DNA of 63,023 nucleotides, filler included, from Reticulomyxa filosa (GCA_000512085.1; 19 parts of 19 records of this genome joined end to end with filler, not necessarily neighbours in it), one strand, 5' to 3'. Numbered from the whole stretch's first letter, positions 36,104 to 48,744 are shown. Notes: generated by a model not told the origin, from the sequence alone. Numbers and translations: made by a program.

Positions 36104-37174
36104 TCTTTGGTTGAAGTCTCCAGGTGCGGGGCCATGGCTCCTGCATGGGCAGTCGTTTGCAGGATTGCAACAGCCGCAATTGATAACGGTGAAGGTCTGT
36201 GCTCTTGAAGTAAGGGGCCAATTTCTGCGTTGCGATTCATCAATGACGGTTGCAAGCCTGATTCGATGATCTTTTCATGGCTGTTCGTGTCATTGGGCGG
36301 CAATCTGTTCTTAGGTGTATCCATGTTCAATTGGTCCCAGGGTTTTGATTTGTCGTCTGCGGATGGGGATTCTTTTAAGGGTGGAGGCATCGTGGTTAGT
36401 GTCGAGGATGTAAGATCGGAACTTAAGGATTCTTCTTCGCTTAAGTGAATGATGTCGTCTTTACCCCTTCCGTTTTCTACTTCCGCTTCCGGGTCAGATA
36501 GGGGCGTTGCGAATTTCCGTTGGCTCTCGGGGGATAGGTGCAGACTGGCGTCTAATACCGATGATTTTGTATTTGTTGTGCTAAGGTATGCGTGTTGTAT
36601 CTGATGCATCACTATTTTATCTAGGAGATCAGCGTCCGGGGCCTTTATCTTATGTCTTGTGGGGTTGAGTGGTTCGATCATGTTGTGAGACAGCAAATTT
36701 TTGCCCTCCAATGTGGTTGCAGTTGTTGAGGAGTAGGTGTTCAGCTCCTCCCGTATTGGATCTCTTTGTGTCATTGCAGTTTGTTCCGAGGCCGCGCTGA
36801 CCTGTTGGTCTTCCATTTTTTTAAACCCGAAGCTGTTTGCCATGGTCAAGCTTCGACTGCCTTGGAGTACAAAGTTTCTCGGTTCGCCTCCCGTTTGATG
36901 CACATACAGATTGCGCGCGGTGTGTGTTAAGGGTACAGCAGGCCGTTGGTTGGTCTTGTGTTTGGGGTTGCTGTTTGTTTTGCTCAACTCCGTAGAGGAG
37001 AATGCCGGTGCTGGATTTGTTTGAGTAGTCGTACGGGGTGTCTCTTCTCTGGTGCTTGCCTCTGACCATCGCTTGTGTGGCTGGGAGGTTGGGGCAATTG
37101 ACTGCGGTTTCGGCGGTTGCCCTTTTTGTTCACTTGACTTCTTTTGGCTTGCCCACTGCTGCTTTTCTGTGGGG
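36104..37174 (-). CDS. Low-complexity hypothetical ORF fragment, intronless and GC-richer than most contigs
   Basis: About 300-aa S/T/P-rich ORF running to the contig end. No domain recognised; could be a retroelement ORF1. Confidence 0.3.
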
Positions 37175-37274
37175 NNNNNNNNNNNNNNNNNNNNNNNNNN
37201 NNNNNNNNNNNNNNNNNNTTAATTAATTAANNNNNNNNNNNNNNNNNNNNNNNNNNNNNNNNNNNNNNNNNNNN

Positions 37275-37721
37275 CGTCAAAAACTATATGACAAGGCCTT
37301 ACAATATTATGAAAAAGCATTGAATATAAGAATACTATTGTTGGAGAATGAGTATAATGAGTTGAGAGATTCTAATCGTCCTGAGAAAATTGATATGGTA
37401 AATGCTTTGGATGTTGGTTGTGGACGTTGTTATTACAGTATTGGGCGTATTTTTGAAAAAAAAGAAGAGTTTGAAAAGTCAATATCTTATCACGAAAAAG
37501 CATTGAAAATCTTGCATAAGAATTCAGCTCTATATGATCGAGATGCTGACATTGGTGGCTCATACAAAAGTTTAGGCATTGCTTATGAAAAATTGGGAAA
37601 TAAAGCTAAAGCTATTGAAAATTACGAAAATGCTATATTCACCTTTCATGTAAAATTCGGAGCCACTCACAAAAAAACATTATCTGTACTCGCAAAATTG
37701 AAAAAAATACAAGCAATTTGA
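37275..37721 (+). CDS. TPR-repeat protein, C-terminal fragment
   Basis: YDKALQYYEKALNIR, CYYSIGRIF...FEKSISYHEKALKI and SYKSLGIAYEKLGNKAKAIENYENA...FGATH. Confidence 0.85.
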   Translation, partial: RQKLYDKALQYYEKALNIRILLLENEYNELRDSNRPEKIDMVNALDVGCGRCYYSIGRIFEKKEEFEKSISYHEKALKILHKNSALYDRDADIGGSYKSLGIAYEKLGNKAKAIENYENAIFTFHVKFGATHKKTLSVLAKLKKIQAI

Positions 37722-38409
37722 AATCTTTTCACTTGTATTTTGTGTGTTGTTTTTAAAAGGATGTACTAGTTCTTTGTCATATTTTGGACTAGTGAAATCT
37801 AATTATGTCCGATAATGAAAAAATTACAAATTCAAATAAAAAACAATATATTTTCATTTTGTATTAGATGAAATTTTTGTTTATACTTTTTTTTAAAAAA
37901 CATTAAAGAAGATAACAAATAGTAATCACTAATTGTCTACAAGATTCCAAAAACTTCCGAATTCCTTTCTTTTTAAGACTTCCTTTGTTTCTGTTCGCCA
38001 CTCATTGAAAATAGTAAATTTTTTCACATACAACGAACAAGAAAAAAAACAATGTCGAAATGCGAATATGTTGGAGTGTAAGAAAAAGAATCACTACTAC
38101 ATTTGTGAAAAATCTTGCAATAAAAAATGTTTCAATTGTAACTATTGCATAAATATTTTTTTTAATACTACTATTTATTTTTGTATGCAAAGAAAAAATG
38201 ATGTTTGGCAAGTTGTTCTTCTTCAAAGTTAAACCCAAGCAACTTTACGTTGCGACGTTCTGCGTGGATAATCTTCCGTTTCTTTAATTCATCTTCAATA
38301 CTATTTTTCTTTGATTCAATGTACCCCTTTCTTCATTATTCTTAAATATTGATCTTTTCCACGTAATATTTTGTTGGACCATTTTTGAATTTTTGTTTCA
38401 ATTGATCTT

Positions 38410-38909
38410 TTACATATCATTAAATAACGAAATAAATTTGTTGTTGACATCAAAGTGCAATCTAATAATACATTTAAGTACTTTCCATATTATGTGATTT
38501 ACACATACTGATGACATTAAATTACATATTATTAGATCTGAAAGATTAACTAATAATTGAAAATAATATAAAACTTGTTTGATATCACCTTTCTTTAAAC
38601 ATCCTTTAATCATTATATTGAATATAATTAAATCAATTTGAATTGTTTTAATTCAGAACATCTCTTGATTGCAACAGAACAGATGACTATATCTTGAAAA
38701 TATATTTCGAAGAAGTTGAATAATATCACTGGCTGCTGCCATTTGTTTAATTCATTAGATTTGTGTTCCAAATAAATTTCATATTGACCTCTTTGTCGTA
38801 GAGGCTGAAATATTTTTCCCAAACAGTGTTTCCTCACAATTGGAGCATCATTTACATTTACTTCTAATTCATCCACCTTTTTGATCTCCACCTCGATTGT
38901 TGGATCCAA
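38410..38909 (-). pseudogene. PPR-repeat protein remnant
   Basis: DIVICSVAIKRCSELKQ and YNIMIKGCLKKGDIKQVLYYF, split across frames. Confidence 0.5.
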
Positions 38910-39217
38910 ATTACTTAATATTCTGTTATTTTCATAATTTATCTCTTCATTTTCTATTGCAACATTACTCCCTTGATAAACATTTCAAACGCTAAATCTT
39001 GACAATATTATTGAAATGCAAATTTGGTTTTTTTTGGATTTGTTTTAATTCTTAATTCTGATAATTTATTTGCATATTTTTCACATGAATATCAATCCAT
39101 TGTTCATTGAATGCTTCNNNNNNNNNNNNNNNNNNNNNNNNNNNNNNNNNNNNNNNNNNNNTTAATTAATTAANNNNNNNNNNNNNNNNNNNNNNNNNNN
39201 NNNNNNNNNNNNNNNNN

Positions 39218-39430
39218 CAATTACAAATATTCAATGGACACACTTCGCGTGTTTGTGGAATTGAATTTTCACCATTTAGTGGTGGTAGATATTTATGTTC
39301 TGGATCATTTGACGAAACAATTCATTTATGGGATGTTGAAACATCAAAACCATTACATGTTTTCAATGGACATGAAAATGCTATTTGGTGTATTGATATT
39401 TCACCATTACAAAGCAATAATAACAAATGA
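39218..39430 (+). pseudogene. WD40 family fragment, truncated
   Basis: Manual frame QLQIFNGHTSRVCGIEFSPFSGGRYLCSGSFDETIHLWDVETSKPLHVFNGHENAIWCIDISPLQSNNNK*, then unrelated sequence. Paralogous to the gene at 57849-59060. Confidence 0.8.
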
Positions 39431-40407
39431 CGCATCTATTGTCGCCGCTGCTTCCAATCCCATTGAAAAGCATGATAATGATTATAAGTACATAATTGAC
39501 AAAAAAAAAAGAATATTTAACTCCAATGCAATTCTAGTCAAACAAAATTTTTGTTCATGACCACCAAGACTAAAGATGACACTGAAAGTGGAGATTAGGC
39601 AAATATAATAACACAAAATAACGTAAAGTAAATTAAATCAATCAACCAATAAAAAAAAGATAAACTTTATAAAAAATCAAAATAATTCAACAAAATTTCA
39701 CCAATTTGTTTGCAATTCATTGTCTATCGTCACATGCTGGTTTGGGCACTTTGAATTTTTTGACCAACTTTCATTTTTTAATAAATCCTTAGTTTTTGCA
39801 TTCTATATGACACATTATTTTTTAATTCTATATTTTATACTTAAGAATCGCAGAATATAACAAAAAGTGAGTTTTACAATCACTTTATATAGGTTCTTAC
39901 AATCACTTTCAAAATTTTTTGCTTTTCTTTTTGTTTAATCAAAAAAGGACAAAGCCATGCACAATACAGATAATGTACTAATATCAAAAGCGTAGCTATA
40001 TTAATCAATTCTTGTTACATGTGCAACCATTTTGAATTGGCTAGAAATATATTTACTGATTAATTTGAAAAATTTCAACAAAAGATATTGACAAGTTTTA
40101 ATGCAAAGAATGATTGTTACAATATTTCAGCCATAAATGGAGGAGTGATTTATTGATGATTGCCTTATTCACTTGATTCATATAAACAATTCGCAAATAA
40201 TAAGCAGCAAGCCATTCTTGAAATGTCAATGATGAAAATACACAAGATCCATTGGATGTGATGGATGCATTGATTCTTGTCCTTGTAAAAATCCAAATGA
40301 ATTGATTNNNNNNNNNNNNNNNNNNNNNNNNNNNNNNNNNNNNNNNNNNNNTTAATTAATTAANNNNNNNNNNNNNNNNNNNNNNNNNNNNNNNNNNNNN
40401 NNNNNNN

Positions 40408-41300
40408 GGTTTGGAATGAAGGCACTATCGATAATGTTGTTGTGTGATTGTGTATTTGTGTTGTAGTGAGTTACAGCTACCTCAAATTCGTTCTGTGGCA
40501 GACATTCGACATTTTGGATGTGGAGTTTATCATTGGCAATCGTTGGCTTGCTGTTTAGGCCGATGCAATGTATGCTGCGCTGGATAGTGCATTTGCAGAG
40601 CTGAGGCCCAGACCTCATCTCTTGATGGGCATTTGGCATTGGAGCCATTGGTTAGTGGGCATGCCAGTATCAATTCCATGGTGTGTTTCACCTTTTGGTC
40701 GAAACTATTGGTCCAATTATGTGGTGTCTTGATAAAATTGGCTCGCATATGAAATGTGGCTTTGGTGGCATTCAACGAATTCCTGAGAAGTAACAGCATA
40801 GTTTGCGCGTGTTTCAAGGATAGAAAATTCTCGAATTGGGTGTTACAGTCTTTTACAATTACGTCTATTTCTTTTTGGACTTATTTTTCATCCCCGATCG
40901 GGACTCCAACGATTGTTGTGTTGAATGTTGTATTGTGAGTGATTTGTTGTAGGTACGAAGGAGGCGGTGTTTGAGAATTGGATATCCATTCGCATAAAGA
41001 AGGTTCCCCCCAGTGGGTCCCCTTGATTGACTCCCGATTTGGAGAGAATAGTATGGCTTGTAGGCAGGAAAAAGCGGCGCGTGCGTGGCATAACAGCCTT
41101 TTGCATAACTATACAGTTCGGGGAACTGCATTCTCACTAGTTCCAAAAATTTCTTTCTCTTGCTCCATAGGCGATGGCCTGTGCATCCGTGCACACTTTT
41201 CCTTCGATTATCAATTGAGCAACTTTTGTCCAATTGGTTAATGTGTTTGACTTTTTTAAAAATCCCATTATACCATACAAATATATTTTCGTCCTGGATC
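40408..41300 (-). mobile_element. Degenerate non-LTR retrotransposon reverse transcriptase (CRE/SLACS-like)
   Basis: ILSKSGVNQGDPLGGTFF, IVGVPIGDE, QTMLLLLRNS and QCQMPIKR*GLGLSSA...AAYIAS in shifting frames with stops. Confidence 0.75.
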
Positions 41301-42019
41301 AAAAAAAATAATAAAAAATTTATATACAATCAAAATTCTTAGTACATTTTCATAATATGACAGTAAAATTTGTATACTGATATATGCATACACTGTATAT
41401 AAATTGCTTCATGATTTTTCTTAAGGAACCTTTTTATATTGATTTTGCTAGTTTCGTTCTAATGTGAAAAGACAAACTACCAACCAATACTTTTTTGGCG
41501 CAGTGGAAAAAATAATATACAGGTCATTCGAAATAATTTGTTATCCCTTGTGATTCTCAAGAGTCACTAATGAGAACTCAATTTTCCATAAAACTTCGTT
41601 ATAAAAAACTTGTTGCTTGAAANNNNNNNNNNNNNNNNNNNNNNNNNNNNNNNNNNNNNNNNNNNNTTAATTAATTAANNNNNNNNNNNNNNNNNNNNNN
41701 NNNNNNNNNNNNNNNNNNNNNNATATTTGTCCCAGCATCTTCTTTCTAAATATGCGTCTTTGAGTATGGATACTTACCAAAAAAATTTTTATTCTCCGTC
41801 CATTTTTTTTAATCTTTCGTTGCATCCCTTCATCCATAATATAATCTCAATTTTGCATGTACAAGTTAGCAACGAAGTAAGTTCAACAAAATTCCGTCTC
41901 TTATATGTCGCAATTTTTTGAATATCTTCAATTGCCACATTTGCATTGGGCACTTTGTCAATAGAAAAAGGAAGTGCTATTATAATGTGGTGTCCTTTTA
42001 GCTGTACTGTGATGCAAAA

Positions 42020-42602
42020 AGCTTGAGCTGAATTGGACTATTTTGATTTGTATTTGATTCATTCACCCATTGGAGGTGAAAATCTTAAGACATATCAAGC
42101 CCTGATGGATTTGCAAGGAAAAAACAAAATTAAATCCATTGGTAAGTTGTAAGATCAATTTGTTATCTATACGTATAAACAAAAAAGGTGTGTCAAACTA
42201 TGGAGTGGCTCATTTGCAAGCGTTAGAGAAATCAGGCTTCCCTTTGCCTGCAGTGAATCAGATCGAATTACGTCTTTGGATTCAACAGAAAGAAATTATA
42301 AAACATTGCCGAAGCAAAGGCATTGTGATTGAGGTGTATTCGCCTTTGACCGAAGGATAAATGTTGGAAAAAACCAAATCAACATCTGCAGAAAATGAGT
42401 GAGCGATACAAAAAAAGTGTTGCTCAAATGGTCCTTGCAAAAGGGTTATGTATGTATCGTCAAAAGCTCCAATGAAAAAGAATTCAAGAAAATTTTGATA
42501 TGTGTGACTATCAATAGCAAGGATATTGAGTTTTTTGATGGTTTAAATGAAAACTTTCATTGTACTTGGGATTCCACAAAGGAAGATATGGATGATTTTT
42601 AA
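42020..42602 (+). pseudogene. Aldo/keto reductase remnant
   Basis: LDYFDLYLIHSP, IKSIG/VSNYG, PAVNQIEL, YSPL and VLLKWSLQKG...KSSN, with an internal stop at 42358-42360 and frameshifts. Confidence 0.8.
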
Positions 42603-44370
42603 ACTGTGTTTTACTTTGCTAACACTTTTCAAATTAAAGAGTATTAATAGTTGTAATTTAAAAAAATAATATTTATTCATTTTTGTGGATAATTTTCTGA
42701 ACAAATGTTTTTTAAAGTGAATGTGATCATAATTGCAATAAGTTATTATTTGAATACTTTGTTATATTCAAAACTTACCTATTAACCAACAAAATTAAAG
42801 AAAAGTGGTTGAAATAGGCAGAATAAAATCAGTTTATTTATGACGCCAAATGCACACATGATCGAAAGGATTATTTGATACAGCCGCATCCCGCCCAAGT
42901 GATTGCCANNNNNNNNNNNNNNNNNNNNNNNNNNNNNNNNNNNNNNNNNNNNTTAATTAATTAANNNNNNNNNNNNNNNNNNNNNNNNNNNNNNNNNNNN
43001 NNNNNNNNGGCATTAATGGAATAGAAATATTTGGTATTGCAACAAAAGATCATGGACAAATAATACTTGTGGTGATTATTAGTGCAAAGATGCAGCTTGG
43101 ATATTCACAATTCCATGGACTTTTTTGTTATGATATGTAGCTCGGAGCATATCAAATATTACAACAAAGATCAAAGTATTACATGTCCCAAAGAATCTTT
43201 AGTTGAGAATAATTAAGTGAAGAAAGAAAAAATCAGCTTCAAATGTAAGCAGTCGCTGATCAATATCAATCTTCATTTGGGTCTTTGTTATTGCTGTTTG
43301 CAGAATAAACAAAGTTTGATGTTAAGTAATGTGTCTATCTTTGCTATGCTAATATAAGAAGATAAATCATATTTGATGAATATGAAACAAAATAGAATCA
43401 AAAAGTGAATTAGTCTTTGTTTCTTCTTCTCAATACAAAATTGATGTTGATACAAACAGAAACAAGATGCATTCCTCCAAGCACGCGCAGAAAGATAGAA
43501 TCAGAATTGATTGTCAAGCTATTGAGATGATCCTTTATTTAGGATTCCATTGGCACACACATTAATCAATTGCTGCAAAAAGAACTTACGCCTACCTTAG
43601 AGATAATATTTCAAAAAAATTCAAGATATTGTTCAAGAATGTGGAAAAAGTACGTTGGCAGGTGCATAAACTTAAAGAAATGGTTATTACACTTTGAGTC
43701 AAAACATTTCTTTGGCCAATACGTGTGCGCGAGAATTTTAACTTGAAAGATTACTTCACTGTGCAAGCAGTTCGTGTGTGCTGCGTGTGTGCTACGTGTT
43801 GTGTGTGAAGGTAATAAAATTGAATCAACAGAATTTTACGAGATTAAGTGTTGTTGATTAGCTCTTAGAAAAAATCTATAGAAAAAAAACTTTGTTGAAG
43901 TTGACAGTGTGTTTTCCTTTTTTTGTCGTTTAGTTTACAATTTCATTAGTTCTCCAATTATTGATTCCTTTTCAAATCTTTTTCTATTTGGCGAAATAGT
44001 GCAAAATTCAAAAGGGCTAATGTTTGCAATATTCATCATTTTTAATTTCTCAGTAAACTATTGTCACGCTAATTCAACCCCGGTCTGCAATCTAAAAAAA
44101 AAATGAAGAAAATTGTAATAGATTAAATAAGCAAAAATTCTATAGAGAAATTGATGGGATAACTTAAAAAAATGCATAATCTAATTTTTGCACAGGGACG
44201 GTTATCCAACACTGTACAACTTTTTTTTGGTTCAAAAAGGAAGGGGAGCAAAGAAAAGAAAGTCTCCCTTAACTGGACAGGCGTTATCGTGTTTAAAAAT
44301 TGTTCGGCAATATTGAATATAGTGTTTAAAAAACAAACTCCAAGTCAAACTGGACCGAAAATTAGGAGAG

Positions 44371-45055
44371 ATGAAATCTCAAGAGGAAAATTCGTCACAA
44401 ATTCCAGACGACCTATGTAGTGTGCGTTCGGACCGAACAGAGGAAAACGTGGCCCAAGTGTCTCAAGAGAGAGTGAAAGAAGAGAAGACCGGCCGTGGTA
44501 AGTTCAAGCCAATGGGTTGGATAATAATACAAAAAAAATCAATTGGAGAGCCAATTGTGCCCAGTTATTCAACGGGGAGACTAATTGACGTTTTCACAAA
44601 AGCAGGCTTTGAAATGGAACTTGTTAGCGCATCCAACGTGGATGTGTATTTAACCGAGTTTTGCAAACCTACGAACAATTGCATTTTAACAAAACAAAAT
44701 AAAAAATAAAATGAAATGAAAATAAAATAAAATAAAAACTAACAAAAAAATAAATAATAATTTAATTATCAAAAAAAAAAAAAAAAAAGTGATGATCGCA
44801 AATCGGTGTTGGTAGACGGCAAAGTGCGCAGATTACCAACATTTGTGTTAGCACGAACAGGTGCAAAAACTGACTTTTATACTTTGGCAGTGTATCGTCA
44901 TTTGGAAAAATTGGATGTCCCTGTCATCAACTCTTCCCAAAGCATTGAAGATGTCAAAGATAAACTTTTTTCCTTGCAAATACTTGCACAAAATAATATT
45001 GCTGTGCCAAAGACTATTTTACTTAAAGTTTTTTTTAACCACCCCCCCTTTTTTT
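44371..45055 (+). CDS. RimK-family ATP-grasp peptide ligase, N-terminal part, intron-containing
   Basis: DDRKSVLVDGKVRRLPTFVLARTGAKTDFYTLAVYRHLEKLDVPVINSSQSIEDVKDKLFSLQILAQNNIAVPKT, with an intron at about 44659-44789. Confidence 0.85.
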
Positions 45056-45197
45056 NNNNNNNNNNNNNNNNNNNNNNNNNNNNNNNNNNNNNNNNNNNNT
45101 TAATTAATTAANNNNNNNNNNNNNNNNNNNNNNNNNNNNNNNNNNNNNNNNNNNNAATACAAAATTTTTTTTGTCCCCCTTTTTTTTTTTTTTTTTA

Positions 45198-45693
45198 AGT
45201 TTTAACTTCGGTCACTGGCAATGCGCCCATGTCACACTTCCCAAATTTGTTTCGGTTTTATTGTTTATTGTTTATTGTTTATGTTTATTTTCTTTTGTTA
45301 TGTTTTAATAGATTAAATGCCTCCCCCCCCCCCCTCTCTCCCTTTTTTTTTTTTTTGTTTAACTCGTAGTAATATACACGGCCCCGGTGAATCGCCTCGT
45401 AACAATCCCACCACTCCCGTTGTGGCCACTCCTTCGGTCACTACGTCGAATTGCAGCTTCTCCAAACACTTCACGATTGTCTTCGCTGTGTGGTGCTCTT
45501 GGTAAGGGAGCTCCGGGTTTTTATGGAAATAACGACGGATTGCTATGATCTGCTCTTTCAGATCAAACACTTGCGCTGATATGTGCACCGGGAAATTACA
45601 ATTGAACCATTTTTGACTATCCTCCACTTTATACTCTTTTACTTCTTCATCATTTTCATCTGTCTGTTGTGAAGAGGACGATTCTGCACCCAT
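45198..45693 (-). CDS. M20D amidohydrolase, N-terminal part
   Basis: IRRYFHKNPELPYQEHHTA...TTGVVGLLRGDSPGPCILLR/CDMGALPVTE. The MGAESS start is a possible myristoylation site. Confidence 0.88.
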
Positions 45694-46077
45694 TGTCGTT
45701 ATCAAATTTATTTCAATGAATTTATTCTTCAAATATCTCAAAATCTTTTGCCCCCTTTTTGTAGCTGAGAAAAGTTAATTTGTGACAGTAAAATTTTTTT
45801 CAATATTATCTTTTAGACGTCTTGAATATTGAAATATCTTTAGACTTATAGATAAGTTTTAAAAGAAACCAGTACGCGAAATGCAAATGTGGCTATTCGC
45901 GATTAGATAAGAAGGAATCAATGTCGGTTTTCGTAGGAAAAGCAAGAAGAACGAAGTATTCGATTCGAGCCAAGTTCAAACATTTTTTTTGTTTCGCTTT
46001 AAAAGGGGGTAGTGCACAATCTAATTTGTTGGTTATACACTATATAATTGAAATTCTTGAAAGAAGCGTAGATAAAA

Positions 46078-46623
46078 ATGTCCACCAGCAAAATATCAGA
46101 GAGATTAAAATCAATGAAGTTCATGCGTCGAAAACAAGATGCTCAAGAAGAAAGAGAAGAGCAGAGACAAAAAAACGATGAAAGGAATGCCCTGCAATAT
46201 AAATTTGCAGAAGCTTCAGAAAGTTTACTCATCGTCGATGATCAAAGGGACAATATTCATATGTACAACACAGGACGTCGTTCATATTGTAATTTTAATC
46301 CCTCGGTCGACAGATTGGAAGAAGAATCTACAAAACTGCAAAGTAAAATAAATCCGAACGCAGACCCTTCAAAAAAAAAAAACACCACTTCTTCCACTAA
46401 CTCAACCTCTACAAATGAAAACTCTGATAAGACAGAAAAAAAAAGGAATTTTGCCAAAATGAAAGAGGATGAAGATGAGGATGTTGAACAAAGTGCACAA
46501 ACGGAAGGAATAAAAAAATCGGCCAAACGAGTCAAAAAAGAGATATCTCAAAAAAAAGAGAAGTTACAAGAACCACAGAACAATACCTCAGCTGATGCAG
46601 TTGAACAATTCTTGGATTCTTGA
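46078..46623 (+). CDS. MPP6: MPP6-like nuclear exosome cofactor
   Basis: ISERLKSMKFMRR and GRRSYCNFNPSVDRL match the MPP6 motifs LxxMKFM and GRxSFxxFN. Confidence 0.75.
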   Translation: MSTSKISERLKSMKFMRRKQDAQEEREEQRQKNDERNALQYKFAEASESLLIVDDQRDNIHMYNTGRRSYCNFNPSVDRLEEESTKLQSKINPNADPSKKKNTTSSTNSTSTNENSDKTEKKRNFAKMKEDEDEDVEQSAQTEGIKKSAKRVKKEISQKKEKLQEPQNNTSADAVEQFLDS

Positions 46624-47591
46624 AATTTGACATAACAATATTTCAATCACAAAAAAATAGCGAAACAATAACCCAAAAAAATTTTTTTTTTTTTTATTGA
46701 TGCTCATCATTAACCTTTGACAAATCATTTGTCATGACAAAATGTTTTAAATATTTCCATCTTTCGTTTACGACAAACACATTGAAGTAATCTCATTTTA
46801 TGCACTTATTGTCGTAAAATTTCATAACAGTAATATTGCTAACATATTTTCAACTCAAAAACAACTGTAAAAAGTCATATTGCTATCTTACAACATTTTA
46901 TTGTTTTAGTGCATATAATTTGTGTTTAACACATAATCCTTTAGTTTAAAATTTTGTTACAAAATATATAAAGTAAAATATTACAAAATAAAATTATAAA
47001 AGATTACATTCCTATAATCGAATTGTTTGATATGGGACTATAAACATAAAATTTATAAAAATTTTTTTTTATTACGTGAACGTTAAACTTTTCAAAGTTT
47101 TTTAAAATGTAATTAAGAATATTTAACTTTGAAAATTTAATTTAATATTAATTGTTTCAATTAACTTGAGTTGAACTACTTGGTGTACATACACTACCAA
47201 CAATAATAGACATTCTAAATATATATTATGTTTGTTCATTTTTGAAAAACAAGACATAGGAAAAAAACATCAGAAATTCATGATAATACAGATAATATTA
47301 TCAATAAGACTGCATTTGAATAATTAAAATACAACAATTGTTTTTTTACGAAAGTATATTTATACACTAAAAAATTCAAGCAAATTTCAAATAATTTAAA
47401 AATTATGTGGATTCCTTTCTTTAGCATAAATATGTCGATTTCTACAGATGATTTGAAATTACAGGCACGATTTACTGTGTTTGACGTAAAAAATAAATTC
47501 AAAACATAACACAAAAAAAACTTTTATTTTTAAAAACAAAATTAACATAAATTATTCCTTAAAAGGATTTCATACAAAAAGAAGGCAGGAA

Positions 47592-48265
47592 ATGGCTTCT
47601 CCATTTAATTCCGCAAGAAAAGTGGCAACATATCAGCTGATTGTGAACAACTGGGTTCGTTTGTGTACGTATACTGTGTACATCTACACAAGTCAAATAA
47701 ACAAACAAAGGCTCGTAACAACGGTGTTATATTAAGTAAGTATCCAAATTACATAAACGTATATATTGCGTCATTTTGTCGAATAATAAAAGGAGATCCA
47801 ATAAACACTTCCAAACGCACGTTTCGTTTGCACTTAATTGAAAATCAAGATAATGAAAAAGACTTAAAATTAAATGGATATGCAGCTAATACAACAGCAA
47901 TTAATTTTCGAAATTGTGATAACATAAGTATAATTTCTGCCTTTAAACAAGAAAAAGTACCACATACCATAATTGACGATTGTTATAATTGTCAATTCCA
48001 TCTTTATAAGTCATTGATTGGTACTGAAATTATTAATTCTGAAAATATTATCATCTTCATACATGGTCATGTTCCATCTATTCAAATTGATGGCTCCGTT
48101 CATGTCACTATTCGCTTTTTCAAATCACTTCTCAACTCTTTCCCCCTTCCTGTCGTTTTTCTTTCCCATTCCTTCAATTTTCTTGTCCAAGTTGTCGATG
48201 ATCTTGCCAATCCTCCGACTACCACTGCTCATCCTTCTTTAATTCAACCTCGTGATTATGAATGA
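47592..48265 (+). CDS. CAP C-terminal (CARP/C-CAP-cofactor C) beta-helix domain protein
   Basis: IIDDCYNCQFHLYKSLIGTEIINSENIIIFIHGHVPSIQIDGS. A probable first exon MASPFNSARKVATYQL starts at 47592. Confidence 0.65.
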
Positions 48266-48525
48266 ATGACTACGCAAGCCTACCACACTTTTTTGTCATT
48301 CCAAATTCCAATTTAAATTGGAATATTTGTTTTCAAATAGGAAGAAAGGTGTAGCAAACGGCCTATTCTCTTTAAATTCCAAAAAGCAAAATATTCTTTC
48401 TAATCCAAGCTGAGTAGCTTTTTTGCAAACAAGAAACATTTTTCTCGGACCGAGACAAGGGGTTTTATAGTGAGCGAACATGATCAAAAATAAAATAATA
48501 TTATCATCGAATACTAGTAATAATA

Positions 48526-48744
48526 ATGATGGCTTCATCATCAACATCATCGCCATCGTTGCTAGTTGAAAATCGCCGTGTGATGGTGTTGTATGGTTCG
48601 CAAACCGGGAATGCGCAAGATTGCGCAGATAGGATTTCGTTTGAGCTGCAGAGGAAGTTGTACCGAGTGGAGACGAAATGCTTGGACCGGTTTGACGTGG
48701 AGTCAGTGTTAGGATCGAGAGACGAAGAAGAAGAAGAAGAAGAA
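48526..48744 (+). CDS. NDOR1: Diflavin oxidoreductase (NDOR1/Tah18-like), flavodoxin domain N-terminus
   Basis: VMVLYGSQTGNAQDCADRI FMN-binding loop with no N-terminal membrane anchor. Confidence 0.75.

Noticed and set aside
43009-43800. Coding-like AT-rich stretch, also 48845-49700
   Set aside because: No sustained ORF or recognisable motif. These may be decayed genes but cannot be called.
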